61,599 nt of DNA from Oscillospiraceae bacterium (GCA_031260605.1 JAISLF010000064.1:1-61599), one strand, 5' to 3'. Counted from the stretch's first letter, positions 8,390 through 18,996 are shown. The notes: a model not told the origin generated them from the letters alone. Numbers and translations: made by a program.

Positions 8390-10609
8390 CTAAAAAATTA
8401 ACTCTTTCATCTCAAAATCGGACACAAGCCCAAGCTTTTCTATGTAGCAGTCCGCCATATTCTCCTCGCGCAGCGCGTAAATACCCATTTCGTCTCCGAT
8501 TTCAGAAATAAAACCGTATTTATGCAGCTTTATGTAGTCATCAGCGTGGACTGAAACAGTGTACCGCTGCAAACCGCGCAGGTATTTCATCGGAAATATC
8601 GTGCCTTGCGCCTCTCGCAAAAGCTCCCGCGCCTTGTCATCATACGGGATGATCACGCTTGTTTGGTTGTCCTGAATCAGCTTGTATTTGTGTTCGATTT
8701 CCCTGTAGGAAAACGACATTTTGCGCCAACCTTCTGCAATACCGCTCAGGATTTTCTGCGCGTCCAAGTCCGTATCAAGCCCGTAGCGTAGGTTAAAAAA
8801 CTGCTCTATCGCGTCCGGCAGGAGCGGATTTGGGTGCGCTTTCATCACCTCTGTACCGAGCTTTGCCATACGCTGAAAACGACCGCGCGGCACACCGTCC
8901 TCCGGCGTGAACACAAGCACCTCACCGGGAATGGGCTCGCCGTTTTCATCGGTAAGCTCACCCTCTCGGTTACAGCGTCCCGCCGCCTGCGCGATTGAGT
9001 CGATTCCCGCGACCGAGCGATAGACGCAGGGAAAATCAATATCAACACCGGCTTCGATCAGCTGGGTTGACACTACAACACAGCGCTGATTGTTCGTCAA
9101 CCGCGCCTTAATCTCGTCAAGTACCCTTGTCCGGTGTTCGGGACACATAACCGCGCTCAGATGGTAGAAGCCGTCACTATCGCCGAGCAGGTTGAAAAGC
9201 TTTTTGGCGTGACCGCGCGTGTTTACAATACACAGCGCCTGCTTCCTCCCGCGCAGCTGCTCCGCAAGGACTTCGTTTGAGATTTCGCCGATTTGGCTGA
9301 CCTTTGTTCTCGAAAGCTCCGAAAACAGCGCGCCCGTATCCGGAACAATCTCGGTTACGGCAAGACCGTCGAGCCATTTGGGCTTAAGTGACGGCTGTGT
9401 CGCGGTGCAGAATACGACCGTTGCGCCGAAGTCCGCGACGAGGCATTTCAGAGCGGCAAGCGTCGGCAACAGCAGGTCGTCCGGCAGACTTTGCGCTTCG
9501 TCGAGGATTATAACGCTGTTTGCGATATTGTGAAGCTTGCGCGCCTTTGACGGCTTTGCGGCAAACAGACTCTCAAAAAACTGCACGTTTGTAGTGACCA
9601 CAAGCGGCGCGTCCCAGTTTTCGCACGCGAGGCGGCGGATTACGTCGCGCTCGTTTCCGTTTTCGTCACTGCCGTCCGCTTTGTTTTCGGCTCCGGCATT
9701 GCTGTGATGCTCAAGCACTAAATCACTGCCGAAAATTTCGCGGAACACGTCGGCGGTTTGCTCGGTTATTGAGGTAAACGGAATTGCGTAAATAATCCGC
9801 TTCATACCGTGCTTTTCGGCGTGCCTGAGCGCAAAGGCAAGCGACGAGAGCGTTTTTCCGCCACCCGTTGGAACAGTAAGCTTGAAAAATCCGCGCGGGG
9901 ACTCTGCGGCGGACAAGCACGCGGAAAGCACGCCGCGCCGCGCAATGCTCACAGGATTATCCTGCGGGTAAGACAGCAGTTTCTGCAGCTTTGGCACAAA
10001 CAACTCGCAATAACATGCAATCGGTGGGAGCTTCGGCCGAAGCTCGCTTTTGTCGTGCGAAGCAAAGGCCTCTGTATCCAAATAGTCAGCGTCAACAAGC
10101 GCAGAAAAAACCATTCTTGTAAGCATTGTGATGTAAAATGCCAAATGCTCTATGCTTTGCGCCTCAGTTTTAGGTAGCATAATAGACGCGGATGTCTCCG
10201 GGATGGTGCAGAGAAGCTCGCTGTCCGGGCGGCTGAGCATTTCGTCTAAGCCCTCACCATAATTCGAGGCGTCATCCGGCAGACCCCCGTGGTGACCGCT
10301 GATTATGTATGCAAGCAGCTTGCCGAGTTGTTTGCCGTATCGCGCGACGGCAATCCTCGCGCCGGCGGTTTTGTGGTCGGCGTGTATGTTTTTGCCGCGC
10401 AGCCGCTGCTGAAAGGTCTCCGTCGCCTTTCCTATGTCGTGCAACAATCCTGCGGCATAGGCAAGTTCGCCCGCGCCGAATTGCTCCGCAAATTCACGGG
10501 CAAGCGCCGCAACGGCTGTCAGGTGTGCGTCCAGAGTTTGCCATTCGGACTCCGGCAACACTTTTTTGTCGGAGTCTTCTTTAGTGTGTGCGAATACGGC
10601 GGCAGGCAT
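8390..10609 (-). CDS. cas3: CRISPR-associated helicase/nuclease Cas3 (HD + DExH)
   Basis: 739 aa. HD motifs (LLHDIGK, ISGHHGG), Walker A (VPTGGGKT) and a DEAQ box (ILDEAQ). It is the first gene of the operon. Confidence 0.93.
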   Translation of the reverse strand: MPAAVFAHTKEDSDKKVLPESEWQTLDAHLTAVAALAREFAEQFGAGELAYAAGLLHDIGKATETFQQRLRGKNIHADHKTAGARIAVARYGKQLGKLLAYIISGHHGGLPDDASNYGEGLDEMLSRPDSELLCTIPETSASIMLPKTEAQSIEHLAFYITMLTRMVFSALVDADYLDTEAFASHDKSELRPKLPPIACYCELFVPKLQKLLSYPQDNPVSIARRGVLSACLSAAESPRGFFKLTVPTGGGKTLSSLAFALRHAEKHGMKRIIYAIPFTSITEQTADVFREIFGSDLVLEHHSNAGAENKADGSDENGNERDVIRRLACENWDAPLVVTTNVQFFESLFAAKPSKARKLHNIANSVIILDEAQSLPDDLLLPTLAALKCLVADFGATVVFCTATQPSLKPKWLDGLAVTEIVPDTGALFSELSRTKVSQIGEISNEVLAEQLRGRKQALCIVNTRGHAKKLFNLLGDSDGFYHLSAVMCPEHRTRVLDEIKARLTNNQRCVVVSTQLIEAGVDIDFPCVYRSVAGIDSIAQAAGRCNREGELTDENGEPIPGEVLVFTPEDGVPRGRFQRMAKLGTEVMKAHPNPLLPDAIEQFFNLRYGLDTDLDAQKILSGIAEGWRKMSFSYREIEHKYKLIQDNQTSVIIPYDDKARELLREAQGTIFPMKYLRGLQRYTVSVHADDYIKLHKYGFISEIGDEMGIYALREENMADCYIEKLGLVSDFEMKELIF

Positions 10610-10638
10610 TGTTTCACTTCCATTTCTATTATACGCTG

Positions 10639-10667
10639 ATTATATCATTGCACAGAGCTTTTGTAAA
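10639..10667 (-). promoter_or_regulatory. Candidate sigma-A promoter of the cas operon
   Basis: Minus strand TTTACA (10667-10662), 17-nt spacer, TATAAT (10644-10639), about 30 nt upstream of the cas3 ATG. Confidence 0.4.
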
Positions 10668-10816
10668 TATAAAAAACTGTAAAAAACAACAAAACCCGAT
10701 AAAAATATGAAAAAAACGCTTCATCGGTCCATGATGACAACCTACTGCAAATCATTCGATGGAGCCTCGTTCGGTTTGCCCCATTGCGCAAAGCACCCCC
10801 GCGCACCCACACCCTA

Positions 10817-10845
10817 TTGACTGAACTCATCTAATGCATTATAAT
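10817..10845 (+). promoter_or_regulatory. Candidate sigma-A promoter of the flavodoxin-like gene
   Basis: TTGACT (10817-10822), 17-nt spacer, TATAAT (10840-10845). Confidence 0.45.
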
Positions 10846-10919
10846 AACAGTGTAACTGCAATTTACTTCGTCCGTCACACTAAAAAACAAACAGCGGTTT
10901 CATAAAGGAGAATTTGAAT

Positions 10920-11372
10920 ATGGCAGGAAAAAATCTGATTGTGTATTATTCGCGCACAGGTATCACTGAACTGCTTGCAACGGCGCTTCAGGAAAAGCTG
11001 GGCTGTGATATTGACCGTGTGCAGTACGCTGAGCGCGACAAGGTTTCCTTTGCGGCGGCGGGGTTTGAGGCTGTCCGCAAAACCACTGTGAAAATCAAGG
11101 GCGACACACACGACGCCTCCGATTACAACAGAATCTTCATCATCTCGCCTGTATGGGCGAGTTCGCTTGCGACTCCGGTTCGCAGCTATCTTGCCGCAAA
11201 TGCGGACAAGATAAAATCCTACGCACTGCTTGTCACCTCCGGCGGCTCCGACGTTGACGGCGCCGAACGGGACGCGGCAGCGGCGGCGGGAAAAGCGCCC
11301 GACGCGTCACAGCAGTTTCTTTCGGCTGATATTAAGCGCGGGAATTTCGACCTGAAAAGCTTCACCGAATAG
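10920..11372 (+). CDS. Flavodoxin-like fold protein
   Basis: 150 aa from the ATG at 10920, with AGGAG 9 nt upstream. MAGKNLIVYYSRTGITELLA... resembles a flavodoxin FMN-loop N-terminus. The ORF-track start at 10914 is a TTG. Confidence 0.65.
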   Translation: MAGKNLIVYYSRTGITELLATALQEKLGCDIDRVQYAERDKVSFAAAGFEAVRKTTVKIKGDTHDASDYNRIFIISPVWASSLATPVRSYLAANADKIKSYALLVTSGGSDVDGAERDAAAAAGKAPDASQQFLSADIKRGNFDLKSFTE

Positions 11373-11524
11373 ACGTGAATGCTGACTACCCGCAGAACAC
11401 ACAAGCGCACCTGAGAACTATTGTTTTCGGGTGCGCTTCTGCGTATCACGCACTCATCAGCGCCGCTATACGCCCCAAAAAAGCGCCGATTTTGCTTCCG
11501 GACTGCCTTTTTTGTACCAAAACC

Positions 11525-11559
11525 TGCTTTTTAGACACGCAGAACTGCTTTTTAGACAA
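11525..11559 (+). promoter_or_regulatory. Two 14-nt direct repeats (CTGCTTTTTAGACA) phased 21 bp apart just upstream of the -35; candidate LytTR-type operator
   Basis: Exact copies at 11525-11538 and 11546-11559. The second ends 7 nt before the -35 hexamer of the adhesin promoter. Confidence 0.4.
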
Positions 11560-11566
11560 AAACACT

Positions 11567-11595
11567 TGCAATTGAGAATTGTTTTCGTTATAATC
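11567..11595 (+). promoter_or_regulatory. Candidate sigma-A promoter of the giant adhesin gene
   Basis: TTGCAA (11567-11572), 17-nt spacer, TATAAT (11590-11595). Confidence 0.55.
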
Positions 11596-11750
11596 AATAT
11601 ATAGTATCATGGTGCTATTTTTGGCGCATTGTTCCGCGCAAAATCAAACTTCCTCCCTGCAACAAACTCGTAACAAAACGACGTGATTTTGTGTCGGCGG
11701 CGGGGCAAACTTATAGTAATAAAAAGTCAGCAATTTTCAGTGGTGGTGAA

Positions 11751-14700
11751 ATGAAAAAACATACAAAATCAGGGCGCAAACCCTTTTCCAGAACACTTGC
11801 GGCAACGCTTGCGGTTGTTCTTATGTTGTCCTTTGCGGCAACGGCGCTGTCGTCCTCCGGCTTAGTGCCTGAGGATGAGGTCACGGACGCTGCCGTAACA
11901 GACACGGCGAACACAGGCGACGCGGCGGGCCCGTCCGAAGAGCCGCCGTCTGACCCGACAGACGCGCCGGAGCCGACCGACGTGCCTGCGGCGGAGGTAA
12001 CGGACGAACCGGCGGACGAGCCGGCAGGCGACCCGTCCGAGGTGCCACCGACGGAAGAGCCGGGCGATGAGCCGGGTGACGCACCGACACCGGACCCGGA
12101 CGCTGCCCCGTCGGCTGAGCCGTCGGAGGAGCCGGACGCCTTGCCGGAAGAGGCGGAGGAGGACCTGCCGCTGCTGACTGCCGGCGCTCCGACGCTGACG
12201 CTCTCAGCTGTAACCACCAACGGTTCTGCGCCGCTGCCTCAGCCTTGGGACTATGTGTCAGCTTATACCTACACCACCGTTATCTCCGGCGACCCTGACG
12301 GAACCGGAACAGGGCGCGTTATTACGTTGACCGCTCCAGCGGGTATGCGTTTTAACCTCGGCGCAGTTGCGGGAAAACCAGGCATTACAATAAAATACAC
12401 CACCACGTATGCCTGGAATACCGCAAACTACGGCAAGGAAATTCAGTTTATCCTTGACGACGGCTTTAATGACAGCTTCCTGTTTCAGATTCCGGTGCTT
12501 GCCGCCGGAGCGAACACCGGAAACGCAACGACAAATAGCGCCCCCGCAGCCGCCCAGGCAAATACCGCCCTGTCCGTCGGCAATGTCATCTACAACTGGG
12601 GCTACGCCGGCAACACCACCGCACCAAAAAGCACCACCACTGCAACCGCCACCGGCAGCTGGGGCGGCACTGTGCCTGGTGCGGCACTGGAAATGGACTA
12701 TGCAATATTTAATAAGGACGTATTTACGGGCCTGTATTTAAGCGGAGAAAGCGGTGCCCTTTACACAGCGGCGACCATAACAGGCGACGGGCAAATCGTC
12801 TATTACGCACGCGTACATTCGAGCGGCTCAATGTACTACAATACGACGACGGCGGACTACAACGCCTGGCTGTTTTACACTGACCAAACCTCTGTCAAGC
12901 ACGTTCCGTTTTGGAACCTTACAGTTAAGGTTTATATACCTGACGGGCTAAGAGTATCTAACACTGCGCTTGCGTCGCTTGTTCAGAACGACGGGGACGG
13001 CAAGGGCAGTTATATACGCGTTGAAAACTGCAATCTATCCGCGCCGATAACCAACAGCTACGCGGTTACCAGAATGAAATCGCCTGTAGGCGGCGCCAGA
13101 ATAACAGGCGGAAATAACGGAACCTACGGAATTTACGGCTCCAGCGCACATTACGCTGCGAATAATCTGTTCGGCCCTACCTATGCACTGAATCTCGCTC
13201 TTGCGCTTGATGAGCCGATTTCAAACGGCAAGGTTTATACCGCACCTGATACCGAATACGAGTACGACACATATGACGAAAACGGAGATCTTGAACACGT
13301 AGTTAAAACGCTGAATCCTGTTAGAATCACTACACCGAACTTAAAGGGTATTGACGCATACGCGATTACAGCGGGAACTGCCGATGCGGCGACCGAAAAA
13401 CTGCAATACGCAACGATTACGCTGAAAAATCAGTATACCTATAACCACGCGAATTACAACGGACTGAATAAAAATGACCAGCACGTCGGCGGAACTTTGA
13501 CCTTTGAAGCAGATCCGGCAGCTTATTCTTTGCAGGAAATGCGCGTAACAGCAGCGGTTGCTGCTAATCAGTTTTGGGCGCGCGGAGGTGCGTCGGGTTC
13601 AGGCGTGCCGGCTACCGCCAACGGTGTTCAGGTTCTAAACGCCCTACGCTCCGGTTTGCCTGCGAGTACAGTTGTGGAATACGAGCTTGAGGACGGGCTG
13701 ACCTATACCGCCAACAAGACCATAACCCCACTTACGAGCTATCTGCCGCTTGTCGCGGGCGACCCTCTTTGCCAAATTCTCATTGACGACGGCGGCTTTA
13801 TATCGGTTGTCGATTTTCCCGACGCAACGGACACAAACCGTGTTGTTAAAGTCACATTCACGCTTACCAAAGGGCTAAACCTTGCCTCGGCGTTTTATTA
13901 CAATTTCAGGTACAGTTATATAGCAGACGCGGGACTTCCGGATAACGCGCCCTCCGAGGGGTCCGGCGTTCACAGGACGCAAATGGCGATTCTTCTCACA
14001 GAGCCGGGCGGCTGCACATTCCGCGACGGCGCGGCGGCTGATTCCTCACCTGTTATTACTGACGGCGCACACAGCCAGATTCAGACTATATATATCCGCA
14101 GTACGCTTGACCTGCTGCTTATGCAGACGCGCGGAATTTATATGTCCAACAGCCATACAGAAGCGGGAATTCAAGCGGGTATAAACAACACCGGTGTTCA
14201 GGAGGTTCCGTTCCTTAACGGCGGAACCGGAAATACCGCACGCTCCGCCACCATCGCGTTTGCTTACGGCTTCGTCGGCGACTCCACAAACTACACTGCC
14301 AAGCAAGGCGCGTGGCCTGTATACTACGATTTTGAAATGGCGATAAAAACAGATACGGAAGCACAAAGACGGTATCTTGAAACTGTAAAATCGTTTGATG
14401 TTCTCGCAACGATGTTCACTAACGCCAAAATTGAGTACACGACAAACCTAAGCGGGGGAGTTCAGACACTTACGCTCGGCTCAACAACGAGTTATCCGCC
14501 AACCGGCTCTGCGCTGATCGGCGCCACAACAAGCTCCTTTGGGACAAAGACATTTTCGCTCGCGGCTGATGAATATTTGACAAGCTTTGTGCTCAAGGCA
14601 GATGAATTCAAGGCTGGCGCGGTGTACTGGCGCAATACCTCACCTGTAGGAACTAACCCGGTCGGCTCCCTTTACCCGACGCAGGGCTACTGGGGCGTGA

Positions 14701-17700
14701 ACGACGACGGAAGCTATCGCGGCAGCGGCATTGTGTTCTACTCGCACCAAACCCGCAATTTCCGCAGCGACGGCACACCGATTCCTGACGCATATGCCGA
14801 ATATGCCGCCACACTTGCCACATTTGATCTGCAAACGCGCTTTTCGGGGCGGATTGACCCGCTGTCGCCCGACAGAATTGCCGAAAAATCAAGCTTTTCG
14901 TCTGCCGGCGTTACATTTCCGATAGTATTTAGAAGAACCGCAGCCGTTACGCTGATGATCAGTAATGACGCACACGGCTATTCGTTTGCGCCATATAATA
15001 ACGGCTCGGAATACACAACTGCGGCGATACCTGTACAAGTAGCACAAGGCTCAACGTTTTCAATGCCAATAAGCTTGGGAGTCGGATACGCTTATATTCG
15101 GTCCGCCGGCTCACAGGTTAACCGATACAACACCATAACGTGGATGAAGGTGAACCCGAACTTTTCATATGTCGGCACTGACCCAAAGGTTCACGTCGTA
15201 ACAGCATCTGACGGAGCAACCTGGCTGTGGATAGAAGAGGACCCCGTGAATCACAATATCACAGGTCAAGCCGCGTTTGTAGCATATCTGTCAATGCTGG
15301 CGCTGCCAACAGCGAGTGTCGGCACCACGCGTGTCGTCGATGAGCTGTACAGAACACTCGACACACGTGAGCAATACGACCGCAACTGGGGCATGACAAA
15401 CGCTGCCGCCGGCTACACCTATAATATAACGCTGCCGCCGCTTGTGCCGGACATTTTGGAGCTGTATAACGGCAATAACGGAAACGGCACAGGAAGTATT
15501 CGCGCAGTAGCGGGCTATCCCGCAACGACCAACATCCTAAAGGCGTTCACCTCGGGCGTAACGCTGCTGTCAGGCGTCGGCTCGTCATACAGCGCGGTTG
15601 ACGCAAACGCCATGTGGCGTGAGCCGCAGAGCAGTTCCCTTGTTGTACAAGCGGCAATCGGCGGCGGTTCGTCTGTGCCGGTTGCGGATTACGAGGTAAT
15701 TTTCCACTTGCCGCAAAACGGCGAGACTGTTTCGCACACGCCGAAAAATGAAGGGCCGACCGATACTGTAGTGGATTACGGTCTGCATTTGCGCGGCGCG
15801 ATAAACGACTCGCAGGCAGGCTCAATCCCGCACACGGTGGAGTACAAAATCGGCGGCACATGGTATGCGCAGGCTGCGGTTGACGCGAACGGCGGCTGGA
15901 GTGCGGTTACGAATGTAAAAGTGTTTTTCCCAAGCTATCCTCCGGAAACAACTGTCGGCATAATCCTGCCTGTCGCGCCGGACGAGTCCGCGCGAGCACT
16001 TACGCCCGGCGACCTGTCAGCCGTAACGGCAACGTACAGCTGGGGCGGCGAGCCGGCAAACAGAACCAACGCGGCGCGGTTCCTGCTGGAGAAATACCGC
16101 ATTGCGAGCACCTCCGCTACGGCGGGGTACGCGTTTAACGACACGAACAACAATAACCTGTTTGTAAACAACGCAGGTCAGGGCGAAATTAAGCGCGCGG
16201 GAATGCCCGTTGAGCTTTGGGCAGCGGACAGCACGGGCGTGCCGCTCGGCGCAGCACCTGTTGCGACGACGGCAACGAAAAGTGACGGAACCTGGGAGTT
16301 CACAGGTCAGAACAGCGACTATTATGTTGTGAAATACGTTCTTCCGGAGGGCTACAGGTTCGCGGCAAAAGGCGCTAACACAACGGCAAACGCCTCGCAT
16401 GTTGACACGGCGACGGGGCTTACGGACTTAATCAACGCAACCGGCGTTGTGGATATGACAAGCTCGCGCAACGCGGGCGTACAGGCTTCTCCGCTGGTTA
16501 AGGTAAAGTTTGTGCTGAAAAACGGCGATGAGGGCACGGAAAACGAAATTGTTGTTTCCTCCACGCAGTACGCCGGAATCATCGGCAATAACATCTGCAC
16601 ACCGGGCACAACCGCGGGCGTGAATGTGCCGACGCACTATCATCTGTCCTCAGGAGAGCCGGCAAGCCGAAATAAGGTGCTGAGCTTTGCCGACCCCGTC
16701 GCGTCCTTTGTCTGGCTTGTCGAGGGCGATCCGATTACAATCACCTACATCGGCAACAGCGGCGCAACGCCGGCGCCCGGCTCCGTTACAACCTACAACG
16801 AAACGGTGCCGTACGCGCCGAGCACACTGCAAAACAACCGCTTTGAGCGCACAGGCTACAACTTCATCGGCTGGGCAATGACAAGCACGGGTGCAGTGGC
16901 GTACCTGAACCAGTCGGCGTTTGCGAACTGGGAGTCTGAGATTGCGTGGAACGGCACTGCCGGCTCGGTGACGTTTTACGCGAAGTGGGAGGCAAACGGC
17001 GTTGCGCTCAAAATCGAGCATATTGACGTTGATGTGCCCACCGACAAGGTAATTGCCGATCAAAGCGTCACAACGGGTCACCACGACGATGACGTTACCG
17101 AGTATTACGTGACAAATCGCGCTCTGCAGCTTGACCCGACGGCGATTTACTACCCCTGCGACTCCCTCGGGAATCTGCTTCCCGCCGCGCGAATTGCGGA
17201 TGGCAGATCAATCACGCTGGACGAGACGGAGGGCAACCCGAACGTGCTCACGCTGTACTACAAGCGGGCGTTTACTGTGACATTTGACGCAACCTACGGC
17301 GAATTCCCGTTGGCGGCGGCAACAGACACTGTCGAGGTTCTGCGCAACAACAAGGTTGCGGCGGCGCAGGCGGCGACAGAAGAGGGCAAGCTCACCGCGC
17401 CTGACGACGCGTATTTCGCGCACTGGAGCGCAACGACGAGTCCCAGCGGCGGACCTGTGGATTTCTCCTTAACGGCGGACGTCACGGCAAGCGGAACGGT
17501 GTATTACGCGATTTGGAACGTGAAATACACGGTGCTGTACATTGACGAGGACACGGGCGCGGTTATTACGGACGAAACCGACGCATACACCGGCTATGCT
17601 GGGCAGAGCGCACAGAAAACCGCAAGTGTGCCGGCGGGCTACCGCTTAGCTGACGGGCAGAACGCAACGGAAACGCTTGCCGCGCTTGATACGGTCAAGG

Positions 17701-18986
17701 CAAACAATGTCATTACGTTCTACCTCAAGGAACTGACATCGGTTGCGGGCAAAAAGGTCTGGATCCACGGTGAAAACGACCGGTCCAAGTGGCCGTCCTC
17801 CGTCACGGTAAATCTGCTGGCGGACGGAACGGCGGCTGACTCACAGTCTGTAACCGACGCGACGGAAAACGCAAACGGCGAATGGGAATTTGAGTTCACA
17901 GACGTTGATTTGCGCGACGATCTCGGCAATATTATCGACTACACCGTCAGTGAGGATACGGTTACGCCGTACAACGCGGCGTACGACCAGGCGACGCATA
18001 CGATAACCAACACGTATGACGCGCAGGAGGTTTTGATTGAGGGACACAAAACGTGGGACTACGGAATCGCCTCGCCGAGCGAGCGCCCGACGGAAATTAC
18101 AGTCGTCGCGCTTGCAAACGGTGTGATTGCAGACACGCTTGTCGTCACTGAGGCGGACGGCTGGGACTACAACTTTGTCCTGCCGAGATACGACGCTGAG
18201 CACAAGCTTATCGTCTACACAATAGACGAGCTGGATGTTGCGCACTACGTTAAAACAGTGACGGGAACGGATATTCTGAATACCTTTGACCCCGACAGCG
18301 TGACGGTTACGATTTCCGGCCACAAAACGTGGGATTACGGCACAGCGCCGGAGTCCGCGCGTCCCGAAAAGCTGACCGTGCAGGTGTACGAAGGCGACCG
18401 CCTTGCCGCACAAAAGGACGTGACGGCGGCGGATAACTGGGACTACGCGTTTGAGCTGCCGAAGTATGACGCGGGCGGCAAGGAGATTGTTTACCGTGTA
18501 GACGAAGCGTCTGTGCCAGGATACACCAAGGAGTTATTCGGATATAACCTAAAAAACACGTATGACCCGACAACAAACGAAACTGTCACGATAAAGGGCG
18601 CTAAAACGTGGAAGCACGGCGCAAATCCTGCGGAAAACCGTCCGACGTCAATACAGATTTGCCTTATGGTCGGCGATACAATCATCGCCGAGAAAAAGGT
18701 GACAGAAGCGCAAAGCTGGGGTTGGACATTCACGGCTGCCAAATACGGCGAGGACGGCAAGGAGATTCAGTACCGCATTTATGAGCGCTGGCTGCCGAAC
18801 TATGACCGCAGGGTTTCCGGCTGGAACGTCACAAACACGTGGAACAACGGCTCGCCGAAAACAGGCGACATGTCGCGTATTCTTCCGTGGATTGCGATAA
18901 TGGCAGCTTCTGCCGCGGGTGCAGTGTGGGTTCTTGCACCGTGGAAACGGCGCAGCAGGGACGATGACGCGGAGCCGCAGGATTAA
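11751..18986 (+). CDS. Giant cell-wall-anchored surface adhesin (SPKTG sorting signal, Cna-B-type repeats)
   Basis: About 2411 aa from the ATG at 11751. It has a signal peptide (MKKHTKSGRKPFSRTLAATLAVVLMLSFAATA) and an acidic Pro-rich linker. It also has Listeria-Bacteroides-type repeats (GYNFIGW...VTFYAKWE) and a MucBP-like segment. Four tandem Cna-B-like repeats (GHKTWDYG...ERP..ITV) lie at ~17740-18850. The C-terminus is SPKTG, a hydrophobic stretch, then KRRSR. Confidence 0.85.
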   Translation: MKKHTKSGRKPFSRTLAATLAVVLMLSFAATALSSSGLVPEDEVTDAAVTDTANTGDAAGPSEEPPSDPTDAPEPTDVPAAEVTDEPADEPAGDPSEVPPTEEPGDEPGDAPTPDPDAAPSAEPSEEPDALPEEAEEDLPLLTAGAPTLTLSAVTTNGSAPLPQPWDYVSAYTYTTVISGDPDGTGTGRVITLTAPAGMRFNLGAVAGKPGITIKYTTTYAWNTANYGKEIQFILDDGFNDSFLFQIPVLAAGANTGNATTNSAPAAAQANTALSVGNVIYNWGYAGNTTAPKSTTTATATGSWGGTVPGAALEMDYAIFNKDVFTGLYLSGESGALYTAATITGDGQIVYYARVHSSGSMYYNTTTADYNAWLFYTDQTSVKHVPFWNLTVKVYIPDGLRVSNTALASLVQNDGDGKGSYIRVENCNLSAPITNSYAVTRMKSPVGGARITGGNNGTYGIYGSSAHYAANNLFGPTYALNLALALDEPISNGKVYTAPDTEYEYDTYDENGDLEHVVKTLNPVRITTPNLKGIDAYAITAGTADAATEKLQYATITLKNQYTYNHANYNGLNKNDQHVGGTLTFEADPAAYSLQEMRVTAAVAANQFWARGGASGSGVPATANGVQVLNALRSGLPASTVVEYELEDGLTYTANKTITPLTSYLPLVAGDPLCQILIDDGGFISVVDFPDATDTNRVVKVTFTLTKGLNLASAFYYNFRYSYIADAGLPDNAPSEGSGVHRTQMAILLTEPGGCTFRDGAAADSSPVITDGAHSQIQTIYIRSTLDLLLMQTRGIYMSNSHTEAGIQAGINNTGVQEVPFLNGGTGNTARSATIAFAYGFVGDSTNYTAKQGAWPVYYDFEMAIKTDTEAQRRYLETVKSFDVLATMFTNAKIEYTTNLSGGVQTLTLGSTTSYPPTGSALIGATTSSFGTKTFSLAADEYLTSFVLKADEFKAGAVYWRNTSPVGTNPVGSLYPTQGYWGVNDDGSYRGSGIVFYSHQTRNFRSDGTPIPDAYAEYAATLATFDLQTRFSGRIDPLSPDRIAEKSSFSSAGVTFPIVFRRTAAVTLMISNDAHGYSFAPYNNGSEYTTAAIPVQVAQGSTFSMPISLGVGYAYIRSAGSQVNRYNTITWMKVNPNFSYVGTDPKVHVVTASDGATWLWIEEDPVNHNITGQAAFVAYLSMLALPTASVGTTRVVDELYRTLDTREQYDRNWGMTNAAAGYTYNITLPPLVPDILELYNGNNGNGTGSIRAVAGYPATTNILKAFTSGVTLLSGVGSSYSAVDANAMWREPQSSSLVVQAAIGGGSSVPVADYEVIFHLPQNGETVSHTPKNEGPTDTVVDYGLHLRGAINDSQAGSIPHTVEYKIGGTWYAQAAVDANGGWSAVTNVKVFFPSYPPETTVGIILPVAPDESARALTPGDLSAVTATYSWGGEPANRTNAARFLLEKYRIASTSATAGYAFNDTNNNNLFVNNAGQGEIKRAGMPVELWAADSTGVPLGAAPVATTATKSDGTWEFTGQNSDYYVVKYVLPEGYRFAAKGANTTANASHVDTATGLTDLINATGVVDMTSSRNAGVQASPLVKVKFVLKNGDEGTENEIVVSSTQYAGIIGNNICTPGTTAGVNVPTHYHLSSGEPASRNKVLSFADPVASFVWLVEGDPITITYIGNSGATPAPGSVTTYNETVPYAPSTLQNNRFERTGYNFIGWAMTSTGAVAYLNQSAFANWESEIAWNGTAGSVTFYAKWEANGVALKIEHIDVDVPTDKVIADQSVTTGHHDDDVTEYYVTNRALQLDPTAIYYPCDSLGNLLPAARIADGRSITLDETEGNPNVLTLYYKRAFTVTFDATYGEFPLAAATDTVEVLRNNKVAAAQAATEEGKLTAPDDAYFAHWSATTSPSGGPVDFSLTADVTASGTVYYAIWNVKYTVLYIDEDTGAVITDETDAYTGYAGQSAQKTASVPAGYRLADGQNATETLAALDTVKANNVITFYLKELTSVAGKKVWIHGENDRSKWPSSVTVNLLADGTAADSQSVTDATENANGEWEFEFTDVDLRDDLGNIIDYTVSEDTVTPYNAAYDQATHTITNTYDAQEVLIEGHKTWDYGIASPSERPTEITVVALANGVIADTLVVTEADGWDYNFVLPRYDAEHKLIVYTIDELDVAHYVKTVTGTDILNTFDPDSVTVTISGHKTWDYGTAPESARPEKLTVQVYEGDRLAAQKDVTAADNWDYAFELPKYDAGGKEIVYRVDEASVPGYTKELFGYNLKNTYDPTTNETVTIKGAKTWKHGANPAENRPTSIQICLMVGDTIIAEKKVTEAQSWGWTFTAAKYGEDGKEIQYRIYERWLPNYDRRVSGWNVTNTWNNGSPKTGDMSRILPWIAIMAASAAGAVWVLAPWKRRSRDDDAEPQD

Positions 18987-18996
18987 TTGAACAATG

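Noticed and set aside
11711-12220. 169-aa minus-strand ORF rich in S/G/A/V inside the adhesin 5' region, and other antisense ORFs within 11751-18986.
   Set aside because: They are antisense to a long, domain-rich ORF. Their low-complexity composition mirrors the Pro/Glu/Asp linker on the coding strand.
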